The notes below the pieces were generated by a model. It made no database searches and was not told the origin of the DNA. It was given only the letters and a program-made list of their open reading frames with translations. A program made the position numbers and the translations under genes. A DNA stretch of 64,000 nt from Octopus sinensis (lineage: Eukaryota), in NCBI RefSeq assembly GCF_006345805.1, contig NC_043013.1, positions 36,394,001-36,458,000 of the forward strand, given 5' to 3'. This document shows, in pieces, positions 37,634-50,130 of this stretch (position 1 is the stretch's first letter; the number at the start of each line of letters is the position of its first letter).

Positions 37634-38006
37634 TACTCACAATCAATTTTTATTTCCTGTCTTACAAGAGTTCAATGTGGCCACCACCTGCAGCATGGGT
37701 AACATTAATGCTATAAGAGAATTCCTCAAGATATGTATCAGTATATCACAATCCACTGAGTTGATCGTTGCTGTGTGATTTTTTTTTTTTTGTGGAGATA
37801 TGTAAAAGATCGCGTTTATGTTCCGCTGCTGTCCACTACCCTCGATGACCTTAAACATTGACTAACAACAATGATCAACTCAGTGGATCATGACATGTTG
37901 ATATGCGTCTGGGAGGAGTTCTCTTATTTCATTGATGTTGCCCGTGCTGCAGGTGGTGACTACATTAAACACTTGTAAGACAGGAAATAAAAGTTGATTG
38001 TGAGTA
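37634..38006. mobile_element. Tc1/mariner transposase C-terminal remnants in inverted, tail-out orientation
   Basis: Plus frame FLWRYVKDRVYVPLLSTTLDDLKH*...VWEEFSYFIDVARAAGGDYIKHL* resembles Tc1/mariner 'FLWGYVKDRVY...GGHIEHL'; 37634-37790 is an inverted homologue of 37860-38006. Confidence 0.75.
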
Positions 38007-38014
38007 TAGGCTTC

Positions 38015-38310
38015 TGAACCGCTAAGTTACAGGGATGTAAACACACTACCATCGGTTGTCAAGCGATGTTGGGGGAGGACAAACACAGACACACAAACAT
38101 ATATACACACATACATATATATACATATATATATATATATACATACATACGACTGGCTTCTTTCAGTTTCCGTCTACCAAATCCACTCACAAGGCTTTAG
38201 TTGACCTGAGGCTATAGTAGAAGACACTTGCCCAAGGTGCCACACAGTAGGTATGAACCTGGAACCATGTGGTTCGTAAACAAGCTACTTACCACACAGC
38301 CACTCCTGCA
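38015..38310 (-). mobile_element. SINE S1, 3'-truncated
   Basis: GAACCGCTAAGTTAC...CCACACAGCCACTCCTGC. Confidence 0.85.
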
Positions 38311-39265
38311 ATATATATATATATATGTATATATATGTATATATATGTTTGTGTGTGTGCGTGTGCATGTGTGTGTATTATGCATGTATGTGTATGTGCA
38401 TGTGTGTGTAGGACAGGTTTTTCAGTTTTTGTCTACCAACTCCAGTCACAAGACTTTAGTTGGAGTAGGTCTATAGCAGATGACACTTGGCCATGGTGCC
38501 ATGCAGTGGGACTGAACCCAAGAACCATTCAGTCAAGAGGAAAATTTCTTACCACACAACCATGCTTGAGTCTATTCCATGACAAATACTACACTGCAAA
38601 TGTCTTTCCATTCTGAAGACAATAGGATAGAATTTGAGGTTACAATTTATTTCTTCTAGGTCAAGTAACTGTGTAAAGTAGGACTGTAAAAATGGCAAAA
38701 AAATCTTGAAGTCACATGCAGTCTTTGTGAATCTTAAGTGCAACCTTCTGGATTTTGCATTAAAATATATATTGTTTGATTACAGGTTATTATATTTATT
38801 CATGTTCTCTTAAAATTCTTAAAAATCATTAAAAATGTCAGTTTACAATTTTATCTCTTACTTTAATATTTATAATATATAATTACATTTTCCCCAATAA
38901 ATATAATTATATTTTCACAATAAATTTAATTACATTTTTCTGTATATTTAATAATATTTCATTTAACATCACCTTTTTAGTTTATACTTAAGTCAATGCT
39001 GCCTTCAGAAAAGAAAAAAAAAAAAGAAAAATGGTAAAATGTAGTCACCTACTCCTGGTGTAAAGCTTCCATCATTGACTCATAGACATGAGTCCAGTTT
39101 TTAATCTTTTTTAACCTGCCTGATATCACACCTGGTTCTATGACACAAATTTCATGTTTTTAAAGCCTTCATGTTTTTAAAGCCTTCCATCAGAATTTCA
39201 TGTTATGTTCCAAGTACCAGCATAATAATGGTTTCAAATTTTGGCACAAGGCCAACAAGTGTTGG

Positions 39266-39315
<50 letters not shown>

Positions 39316-39600
39316 ACACACACACACACACATTTAATTATGAAAATAAACATTGAATTGTGATGGGAATGAAAGGGGTTCATAGAAAAAATATGGCTGA
39401 TAATCACTGCTGTAGATTCTCTCTACTCCTTTGGTATAATGTTTGATTGTCCTTCCAGAAGGCACATACCTAGTGGAAGGATGGTCTTGCTTTCATTTGA
39501 AGTATTTTTAAAATATTTTTTTAAGAAGTTGCTCAGATGCAGAAGAAGCTAAAGATCATAACTTATAAAACAGCAGGTAAAAAATTCTGACATATTAGGT

Positions 39601-39995
39601 GTAGGAGTGGCTGTGTGGTAAGTAGCCTGCTTACCAACCACATGGTTCCGGGTCCAGTCCCACTGCATGGCACCTTGGGCAAGTGTCTTCTACAATAGCC
39701 TCGGTCTGACCAAAGCCTTGTGAGTGGATTTGGTAGACGGAAACTGAAAGGAAGCACGTCGTATATATGTATATGTACATATATATGTGTATGTTTGTGT
39801 GTCTGTATTTATCCCCCCAAAATCACTTGGCAACTGATGCTGGTGTGTTTACATCCCTGTAACTTAGTGGTTCGGCAAAAGAGGCCAACAGAATAAGTAC
39901 TAGGCTTACAAAGAATAAATCCTGGGGTTGATTTGCTCGACTAAAGGTGGTGCTCCAGCATGGCCACAGTCAAATGACTGAAACAAGTAAAAGAG
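39601..39995 (+). mobile_element. SINE S1, full length
   Basis: Head, body and tail all present. Confidence 0.9.
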
Positions 39996-40029
39996 TATTA
40001 TCTATACATATTTCGATATTTCATAATTG

Positions 40030-40370
40030 ATCCGCTTTCCATTCGGTTCACAAACCGATAAATTGAAAATCACATGTAAAACCTTGGAATACTTTTACCC
40101 TTGCTACAAATATACTGATTCCAAAATTGCTAACTTTATTGACTCACATATCACAATGCAGCAGCGAAAAACTCGAAAACAAAATTATGAATATAACAAT
40201 TTAGCACCTTAAACTTCGAATGATGTGATACTTCTCTGTATGACCACATGAACATCACAGTTATGATTAAAACTGCTGAAAGAATTGTCAGTAAGTTAAG
40301 AATTAAAGAAGCCATTTTCATCCTAAATACCCTTAAAGCAGAGCTTATCAATTGCTCTGAGCTGCAGTGG
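40030..40370 (+). mobile_element. Possible decayed Penelope-like GIY-YIG endonuclease region
   Basis: Frameshifted pieces CKTLEY... and DTSLYDHMNITVMIKTAERIVSKLRIKEAIFI resemble the end of PLE GIY-YIG domains (..R.IKEA..I); heavily degraded. Confidence 0.35.
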
Positions 40371-41149
40371 CGCTTTCATTGGTAAGCTTTGAACTTTGTG
40401 AACAATTGGTGTGTATCATCATGGTTATATTTTGTGTTGTCAGTTATTACAGCTCATTTCACTATCATATTCTGGCTAATGCATAACAAGACAATTTGCT
40501 TTATTTCTTTGACAGCATTATTTTGGATTTTAACTCTATAATATATCTCCTTATATTCATTAAGCACTGCTTCAAGCGAATTGTCATATTTTATTCTCCT
40601 CATTACATCAAAACCAGGATAATTTTACCATCACAAGGGATTTAATACACGGAGAGAAAATTGAATGTCTGCTGAAATTTTTGAAATATTTGCTGTCAAG
40701 TATGCTGTTATTCCAAAAACATGCACCTGTCTTTAGACCTTGTACCAAAGAGTGGGGCCTCTACATTACTGTTTCAGAATCAGAGTTTATATGGCCCTCT
40801 GGGGTCTATACAGCCCTTTGGGGTCTGTATAAGAGTTTGCTGTTAAGGTTTATGTGCAATAAAACACTTATACTTCTACAGTACACAAAATATTTTGACA
40901 ATATTTTTTGTTCAATTCTTAATGATATTTAATTACAAAAATTATTGAATTTTTTAAGCATCAAATGAGTGTGAAAGCCTTTCTGGATAAAATAGGAACT
41001 GAAAGGGTCCATAGGTAAAAAAAAATGGTTGAGAACCACGGCTCTACATAGTCACTAGACATCCAGAAATCAATTGCTAAATCTCCCTTCAATCACAACC
41101 TTATGAAAAAATTAAGGACATATTGAATAACATAGAACGAGAATAATTG

Positions 41150-41430
41150 AAACATGACCAAGATCTTTGTCATTAGGTCATCCTTGAACAGAAGATCCAT
41201 CAAGCCAAGCAAAATCACAGTCGTGGCAGATACTGATGTCATGCAAATGGCACATGTGCCAGTGGAGTGTAAAAGCACCCATTACATTCTCGGAGTGGTT
41301 GGTGTTAGGAAGGGCATCCAGCTATTGAAAACCATGCCAAATCAGACTGGAGCCTGGCACAGCCTTCCAGCATGTCAGCCCAGTCAAACTGTCCAAACCA
41401 TGCCAGCATGGACGACGGACATTAAATGAT
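41150..41430 (+). mobile_element. RTE-type LINE 3' end
   Basis: GAAGATCCATCAAGCCAAG...TTAGGAAGGGCATCCAGC...GACGGACATTAAATGATG. Confidence 0.85.
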
Positions 41431-41774
41431 GCTGCTGCTGTTGCTAATGATGATGATGATGAAATTGTCATGCATGCTGGAAAGCCTTCAATTGTTGGTA
41501 CCATTATATTAACATCCACCATGATATTCATCCTAATTACCATGTTTTCTGCCATGCGAATTAATAAAGTATATAGTGTAGGCATTCAAACAATGTCACT
41601 ATCTTTCCAAATCCTGCTGCAATATCACATGAAATTTTTAGTCCTCCATATTTGTCTTGGTGTATGAAATGACCTACCATTTTGGGGTGTAAATTTTAGT
41701 TGGAAAATTTTCACTCGTCTGTTGGAATACATGATATTTTAACCCTTTGGTATTCAGATTACTCTGTCAAATAT

Positions 41775-41990
41775 AATTCTTTCTACTATAGGCACAAGGC
41801 CTGAAAATTTTGGGGAGGGAATAATCGATCACATCGATCCCAGTGTTTCACTGGTAGTTAATTTATTGACCCTGAGAGGATGGAAACAAAGTCAACCTCG
41901 GCAGAATTTGAACACAGAACACAAGGACAGACGAAATGCTACTAAGCATTTCGCTTGGTGAGTTAACGATTCTGCCAGCTCAACACCTTC
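41775..41990 (-). mobile_element. SINE S2 with ~13-bp target-site duplication
   Basis: S2 body on the minus strand; CTCTGTCAAATAT on the left and CTCAGTCAAATAT on the right. Confidence 0.8.
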
Positions 41991-42013
41991 TCCTCAGTCA
42001 AATATGTTTGTTT

Positions 42014-42384
42014 ATTACCTCTGCCTTTGCTAAGGCGGAGGTATAATTTTCAGTTGTGTTTGTTTGTTTGTCTTTGGATAAGATATCTCAAGAACAGCTG
42101 GATGGATTTGGATGAAACTTTCAGGGATGTTTGGCCTCATGACTGATACAAACTACTTAGATTTTGGGATCGATCTGGTTCCAAACAAGGATCCTGGATT
42201 ATTTTTCCTGTTTTTTTTTTACTTAATTTTTGTGAGTGGTCGGGTTCATTTTTAGTATTCTTATTTGTAAAAGCAGTCAACTTTATTTCAGATATTCTCA
42301 TTTTAAAAATCTTCTCTGGCTAATCGTTGGGAGGACATTGTTGCTGCCTTGGTGGAGGTTTGCGCTCCCTGAGTGCTCTTGTTT
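42014..42384 (+). mobile_element. Helentron-associated (HINE/DINE-like) non-autonomous element
   Basis: 5' ACCTCTGCC..GGCGGAGGT palindrome, (GTTT)n, GGATTTGGATGAAACTTTCAGG core, 3' GGTGGAGGT plus GCGCTC/GAGTGC hairpin, T-rich ends. Confidence 0.55.
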
Positions 42385-43019
42385 ATACTGTTTTGAATTA
42401 ATCCTGCATTATCTCATAGCTTTGGGGATTTCAATGATGTGATTGCTTAGAATGACATTGTAGGTCTGGGGTGAGAAGCTGGATCTGGTTAGGTTTAACA
42501 TAATACAGGTTAAATATTTTGGTCAGATACGGCCAGATTAAATGCTTAAAGGGTTAATGCTGTACTGACATAACTCTTTCAAGATTATTACAGGAACATT
42601 ATAAGACTTTATTGCTAGTTGAACCCCTCCTCCACCCCATCCCACCCTGCCATGGATCTAGCTGGAGCCTTATCCCTGAAATTCAGTTGATGTGAATCTT
42701 TTCTTTTGTGTGTGCAATGAATGAGGAGTAAGTATTGAGGGGTTTTGTGTTGTAAGTTATTTGGTGACCTCCCGCCCCTGCCAGTTGCTGGTGCCACATA
42801 AAAGTCACCCAGTATACTTTGCATGCAAAGTGGTTGGCGTTGGAAGGGGCATCTGGGCATGGAAACCAGGCCCAACAAGACAGTAGAGCTTGGAGCAGTC
42901 TTCTAACCCGGTCCCTCTTGAGAAATCAGCCAGCCCATACCAGCTTGAAAAATGGACGTTAAAGTGTGATGATGATGATAATGATATATATAATTATAAT
43001 GATATATATATATATATGA

Positions 43020-43225
43020 TATATATATATATATATGTTAGATTTGGCTTGCAAGATTTTTTATAGGAGTTCATGTGTTGAAGCATATTCTGTTGTTTCT
43101 AGTGAGTCATTCTCTTTTAGTGTCTTACAATTTAACACACACACTGGTAAAATTTCCACTCATTTTACCTATGAGTGTGTTAAATAATAAGGGACTAAAA
43201 GAGAATGGCTCTGCCCAGACACAAT
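43020..43225. mobile_element. MITE M1, internally shortened copy
   Basis: GAGTCATTCTCTTTTAGTG... / ...CTAAAAGAGAATGGCTC. Confidence 0.75.
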
Positions 43226-43362
43226 AATACATATATACATACAATCCACCTTTGGAACACGACTCAGAATCACACATGCATTCAGATATACACACAACCA
43301 GACGTGTACACACACACACACACACACATGCACACAAACACATGCAAACACACCTTCTCTTA

Positions 43363-43740
43363 GGCACTCCGTCGGTTACGATGACGAGGGTTCCGGTTGA
43401 TCCGATCAGCGGAACAGCCTGCCCGTGAAATTAACGTGTAAGTGGCTGAGCACTCCACAGACACGTTTACCCTTAACGTAGTTCTCGGGGATATTCAGCA
43501 TGACACAGAGAGTGACAAGGCCGCCCCTTTGAAATACAGGTACAACAGAAACAGGAAGTAAGAGTGAGAGAAAGTTGTGGTAAAAGAGTACGGCAGGGAT
43601 CACCACCATCCCTGCCGGAGCCTCGTGGAGTTTTAGGTGTTTTCGCTCAATAAACACTCACAACGCCCGGTCTGTGAATCGAAACCGCGATCCTACGACC
43701 GCGAGTCCGCCGCCCTAACCACTGGGCCATTGCGCCTCCA
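43363..43740 (-). mobile_element. Young, CpG-rich tRNA-derived SINE (family S5)
   Basis: Minus head TGGAGGCGCAATGGCCCAGTGGTTAGGGCGGCGGACTCGCGG...GGTTTCGATTC; many intact CpGs; tail ...GTAACCGACGGAGTGCC. Confidence 0.8.
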
Positions 43741-44339
43741 CGCAAACACATCAACACACACTAACACACACAAATACACACATACACAAATACATGCACA
43801 CAGACAAACACACACATGCACACACATACATACACACTACTCTGCATGTAAACAGATAAGTACTCATTCTCTTCTCTTTTATCTTTTACTTAGTTCAGTC
43901 ATTAGACTGTGGCCATGCTGGGGCACCACCACAAAGAATTTGAATTGAATGAACAGACTCCAGTACTTGTACTTTTTAAAGCCGGGTACGTATTCTATCA
44001 GTCCTTTTTGCTGAACCGCTATGTTGCAGGGTGAAGAACACACCAATACCAGTTGTGAAGCAGTGGTGGGTGGTAGGAGACAAAAACAGACTCGAACACA
44101 CACACACACACACATACACATGGCAGGCTTCTTTCAGTTTCCATCTACCGTATCACCTCACAAGGCTTTGGTTGGCCCAGGGCTATAGCAGAAGATCTTG
44201 TCCAAGGTGCCACGCATTGGGACTGAACATGGAATCATGTGGTTGGGAAGCGAGCTCCTAACCACACAGCCATGCCTTCACCTATGATACATTTACACAT
44301 ACATGCATACAGACATACACCTGCCTACATGTAAGTGTC

Positions 44340-44860
44340 ACCTCTGTCCTCTCTTTCACTTTATCTCAATCTCTCTCTCTCTCACTCTCACTCTCTCTAC
44401 TCCCTCTATTCTCTCTCTCTTTCACTCTATCTCAATCACTCTCTGTGTCTCAATCTCACTCTACTCCCTCTATTCTCTCTCTCTCTTTCACTCTATCTCA
44501 GTCTCTCTCAGTGCCTCACTCTCACTCTCTACTCTCTCTCTCTTTCATTTTATCTTAATCTCTCTCTCTGCCTTACTCTCACTCTCTCTACTCTCTCTCT
44601 CTCTCTCTCTTTCACTCTATCTCAGTCTCTCTCTGTGTCTCACTCAATCTCAATCTGTCTCTGTCTCTCTCTCTCTCCACTCTCTTCACTCTCCCTTTCT
44701 CTCTCTTCATTTTCTCCTCTCTCTCTCTTCACTCTCTTTTTTCTCTCTCATCACTCTTCTTCTCTCTCTATTTCTCTTTATATCTCTCTTTACTATATCT
44801 CCCTCTCTTCTCTTTCTCTCTCTCTCTATTCCCCTCTCTCTCTCTCTCTCTCTCTCCACA
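44340..44860. repeat. Polypyrimidine (CT)n tract with ~57-67-bp higher-order period
   Basis: TTCACT.TATCTCA.TC recurs at about 44355, 44421, 44487, 44544 and 44611. Confidence 0.8.
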
Positions 44861-45139
44861 CATGTATGAATATAGGTATCCTTTTGTTTCTTCACTGTGA
44901 CAAATTCAATTTCAAAGTGACAACAACCAAAAGAAAATAAATTCCACAGAAGTAATGACAACAACAACAACAACAACAACACCAACACCAACAAGGGTAG
45001 CAATGACAGCAGCAATAACAGGAACATTATATTTCATTCTCTTTGAGAGATTCCATGCAGAATTTGAATCAAATTTCTTCAGTTATTTCATTTCTCATTT
45101 CAGACTGAACCAATCTGTTTTCAATCCTTGTGATTAACC

Positions 45140-45182
<43 letters not shown>

Positions 45183-45411
45183 ATATATAATGTGTGTGTG
45201 TGTTGCATGCATGTATGTATATGTGTCTATAAATGTAGGTATCCATCTTTTATTAGTTGTGTGAATGGTATCAGGTGTGTGTGGTGTGTATGTATATGTA
45301 TGTTTGTGTATGTGTATGTATGTATGTATGTATGTGTATGCATGTATATATGGATATATATATATATACATATACATACATATATATATATATATATGCA
45401 TATATACACAC

Positions 45412-45461
<50 letters not shown>

Positions 45462-47462
45462 ATATATATGTTCATATACACACACATGTATATGTATGCA
45501 AATAACATTTTTGAGCATAAGATATTTTCATCCTGCCTTGGCTTTTAAAAAATTCAAACATCTATGACACTAACAGCAAAGAAACAAGTTCCTACCCCAT
45601 CACCCAACGCAAAAACAATATACACATCCAAAATAAAAAAAAAAAACTATCCAAAAGAGAAAAATAGAAACAAGAAAAATAAATAAAAATATAAATTCAG
45701 AATTTTTCATTTTATTAAGTCATCTATTATTATTATTATTATTATTATTGCTGTTGTTGTTGTTGCTGCTGCTGTTGTTATTGTTTTATCATTTTTGTAC
45801 GCTGGAATGGTTAATAAAGTTCCATAAGAAAGATAAAAGGAAAGAACAGAGCGTTGACAATATTTTTGTCTTTGAGAAATCTATTTTGGCTCGCTTGGAA
45901 ATAATAATATATAAGACGATGAAACAAACAATAAATGTATTATAATATAATAATAATATAATATGATATGTTATTAATAATATAAAAACAAAAGCAATGT
46001 GAGAGGAACATGTACACATGCACTCACACATACACACACACACACACATATACTTACAAAAGTTATAAAAATGAAACAGAAAATAATGTAAATAAAAAAT
46101 ATTATTGAGAAGAAAAAGAGCAATGACAAAGCAAAGGATAGGACAAAATATTAATAAAAGGACAGTCTGTTGTCTCATCATCCAGCTCCCTAATTTTCTA
46201 AATCTAAATCTAAGAATATTCTGATTAAGGAGTGTGGAGAAAGGGGGGTAGAGGGAGAAGAGAGAGAGTGAGTGAGAGGAAGAGAAGTTGGTGAAGAAAA
46301 GTGGAAAAGAAAAGAAAAGAAAACTATTTTGTGACAAAAAAAATTTAAATATTTTAAATGAATCTAAATATGAAAGATATGAAATGTATTAACGAAGAAA
46401 TGAGAAATTTGTCGATTCATATTGCTTTTCATCATCGTCATCGTCATCATCGTCGTCATCATCATCATCATCATCAATGTTGTTGAAGTCAATGTTCTCA
46501 TCCCCACCACCACCACCATCGCCACTTTGATGATGACGAATTCAACCACCTTCATCATCGTCAGTAGCATCATCATCATCATTATCATCATCATCATCAT
46601 CATCATCATTATTATTATTACAAGGTGGTTGGCGGAAGGTCTGACGACATAGAAGAGCACATGTAAAAATACCTTTGTAGCATTTCGTTCAATCTGTTTT
46701 GCATTTTCAGTTTCTAATCCCACCAGTTACCCACTTTGCCTTTTTTTTAACCTTCCATAGTTAAGATTGACGCTGTAAATACCAGATATGCCCAATACCA
46801 GATACGCCCAAAGATCGATATATTCTCGATTCTTTCCTCCCAAATGTCCATTCTAGTGGTCAGTTGAAAATTTTACACAAATAGATGGTCAAAGACAGTG
46901 AGCTGGTCGTATTGTGAGAGCACTGGCAAACAAATAACTTGTGGTATTTGTTCTAGATGTTTATGCATTAAGTTCAAGTTTGACTGAGGTCGACCTTGCT
47001 GGGATTAATCAAAAACTGTTTTAAGATTCATACTTAATGACATTCTTACTGAAATATGAAATTAATAACTGTAGACTACATTTGCATATATTAGTAACTA
47101 ATGAAATGTTTCAGGTAATAATATAAGAGAAATGAGTTTGAAAAATTTTGGTGTGTGCAGTAGCATCTTTTTTTGATGTGTTCACTCCCTCTAAGTTTAG
47201 AACTTGGATGTGCTTGTCGGTAGCTTTTGTCCCTCCACATTCTGCCACATATGAGGCCAGATGCTGTGACTACAGGGTATAACATAGCTGTGTATATAAC
47301 TGGACACAATGGCTACACACCATCACATAGCTATGTATATATATAGCCAGACACCTTTGGCTACATATTGTCATATATCATCATCATCACCACCACCACC
47401 ATCCTCCTCCTCCTCCTCCTCATCATCATCATCAACACCCGCATCATCATCATCAACATCCC

Positions 47463-47507
<45 letters not shown>

Positions 47508-47559
47508 TATCAACAACACCATCATCACCACCACCACCACCACCATCATCATCATCAAC

Positions 47560-47970
47560 ATTTAAGGTCTGTTCTCCATGCTGGCATGGGTTGGATGGTT
47601 TGACCAGGGCTGGTACGCTGCACCAGACCTCCAGTCTGATTTGGCAATGTTTCTACAGCTGGATGCTCTTCCTAATGCCAACCACTCCAAGAGTGTGGTG
47701 GGTGCTTTTGCATGCCAGTGGCCTGAGTGCCAGTTGTATGACACCAATATCTGCCACAACTATGGCTTCACTTGGGTTGATGAGTCTTCTTCTCAAGCAC
47801 AGCATATCCCAAGGGTCTTGGTCTTGTGTTGTTAGCTCCATGAGGCTCAACGCTTGATAGGTGTTTTTACATCCATCAGCATGGGTACCACTTGTATGAC
47901 ATTAGTATCTTCCATGATTACAATTTCACTCAACTTGATGGGTCTTCTTCTCAAGTACAGCATATTGATT
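47560..47970 (-). mobile_element. RTE-type LINE 3' end
   Basis: Tail, UTR and the decayed ORF-end motif TCTTCTCAAGCACAGCATAT, present twice. Confidence 0.75.
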
Positions 47971-49763
47971 ATAATTTCTTTTAGTTCAAGAAAAATGGTT
48001 CTGCAATTTTATGCCAAATGACCTGCACAAAGAATTTCTTTATACTAATCAAATGTTTGCATACTCCCTCAATCAAATTGACCTTACCAGGACAAGAATA
48101 GGTATACAGTGTGCCAGATATCTGACATTGAAGTGATCACAAAACAGCATGCGATAAAGTAATTAACTAAAGAACACTATGCAGCACCCAGTCCAGGAAT
48201 TGAAACCCTGATTTTGCAATTGTCAGTGCAACACCCTAACCACAAGGCCATGTGCCCTCACACATTGTCTCATTGCCATGTATGTAACCAGAGAATGCGA
48301 CCTTACACTGCCACATACCTGGTGTTTATAGCCAGTCATTTTCATCCTATGTAGCTTAGCTACCGAAGAATAAAATCTGGGTAGGATTTAAGAGCTGTTC
48401 TTGCCAGCTTCTTTTTAATTACAGCAGAAGAAGGCTAATTAGTAATGATTGAGATGATTTTATTTAAGCTGTCGTCCATTCAAAATTAATAAAGTAGTGA
48501 AATTTGGCTCCAGTTTTTGGAAGATTTAGTGACCACATAAAGGCTATCTCTGGATGACCGTACTTTGTTTTCCTTTCCCAGAATAATTAGCTCATTGTTA
48601 GATTGTCAGATTGTCAGATTAGTAAGTTGTTAGTTTCGGAAAAGATAAATAGCATATAGCCATGATCCTCAGCCTTTTCACTACCAATGACTTCCAACAA
48701 AATTGCACATACTTTTAGCTAAAAGAATTTTTCCAACCGACTCCCAGGGTTAAGAAAAGTTCACCAATTCAACAAATTTTGAAATTTCTAATGTGGACCC
48801 CACTATTTCTTGCTTTTCTTTCTTTCTTTTTCATTTTTTTTTTTTTTTTTTTGAGGTGGTACCTTAGGTTGGAAACCACTTACCATATACCATTGTTTGG
48901 ATGGTTTGGTTTCAACACGATCTAGTCTTGCTTATTCGCTGATGTGAAATGAGGCAAAATCTCCGATAGTAATTTTCCAACTGACTGATAATACCTATTT
49001 GCGATACGGTTCAACAAAAACCAAAAAATAAATAAATAAATAAATAAATAAAGTGCAACACATATTCCCCACCTCCCCAACATACCTCCACATCTCCCCA
49101 AAAAACAACAATAACAATAAACGCTATAAAACAAAACAAAACAAATTGCAATTGATATGAGTGATTTCTATTTTCATGGCTGTTTATTATTAACAAGAAA
49201 TAATTCAATATGTTCAACTATATTTTTACTTCAGTACAAGAACTCCCACGTGAACCCCGACCCTCTGCGACTACTACCACCTCTACCACAGCCAATACTA
49301 TCGATACTGCAAAAAAAATGGTTTACTACCATGATTATCACATTAATTTCCGTCACCAAAGCCGTCCTCAACATCCGTCAATTTGATTTTACTTCTTTAT
49401 AATTATTTTGTAGTTATTGTTTCTTGTTGTTGTTGTTGTTGTCGGTAGTGGTGGTGGCGGTGGTGGTATTGTTGTTGGTGGTGGTGGTTGTGGTGGTGAT
49501 ATTTTTAACGTTAAATATATTTTTCTTTATTTTTTAACTGGAAGAAGAAAAAAAACAAAGAAAAAAAAAACCCGAAAGAAATCAGATAAAAATTTTGTAG
49601 ACCAAAACCTTTTCTTCGATTCACTGTCCAAAAAAATAAAAAATAAAAAAACAGAAAAAATTAATTAAATAAAAAAATAAATAATTTCTCCCAATTCCAT
49701 TTTTAAATTGTAGTAATACTGCTACTAATAAACGCACTACCCTCACCACTACTACTGCTGCTG

Positions 49764-49800
<37 letters not shown>

Positions 49801-50014
49801 TAACAATAATAATGTTACTACTGCTACTACTAATATTAAAAATAGTAATAATAATGATATTCTATTTCTGCTTTTCATTATCTTATATCCTTTTGTTTTG
49901 TTTTGTTTTTTTGTTGTTTTTACTAAATATTAATAAAAATGTATGAACAGATAAGGAAAGAATATATTTAATTTAAAAAAGAAAATTGTATATATAATGT
50001 ATATATATACATAC

Positions 50015-50047
<33 letters not shown>

Positions 50048-50065
50048 ATATATATATACATATAT

Positions 50066-50109
<44 letters not shown>

Positions 50110-50130
<21 letters not shown>

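Larger units (their letters stand above)
41739..42557. mobile_element. piggyBac-type non-autonomous element carrying two nested insertions
   Basis: TTAA|CCCTTTGGTATT at the left and AATGCTTAAAGGG|TTAA at the right. Confidence 0.6.
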
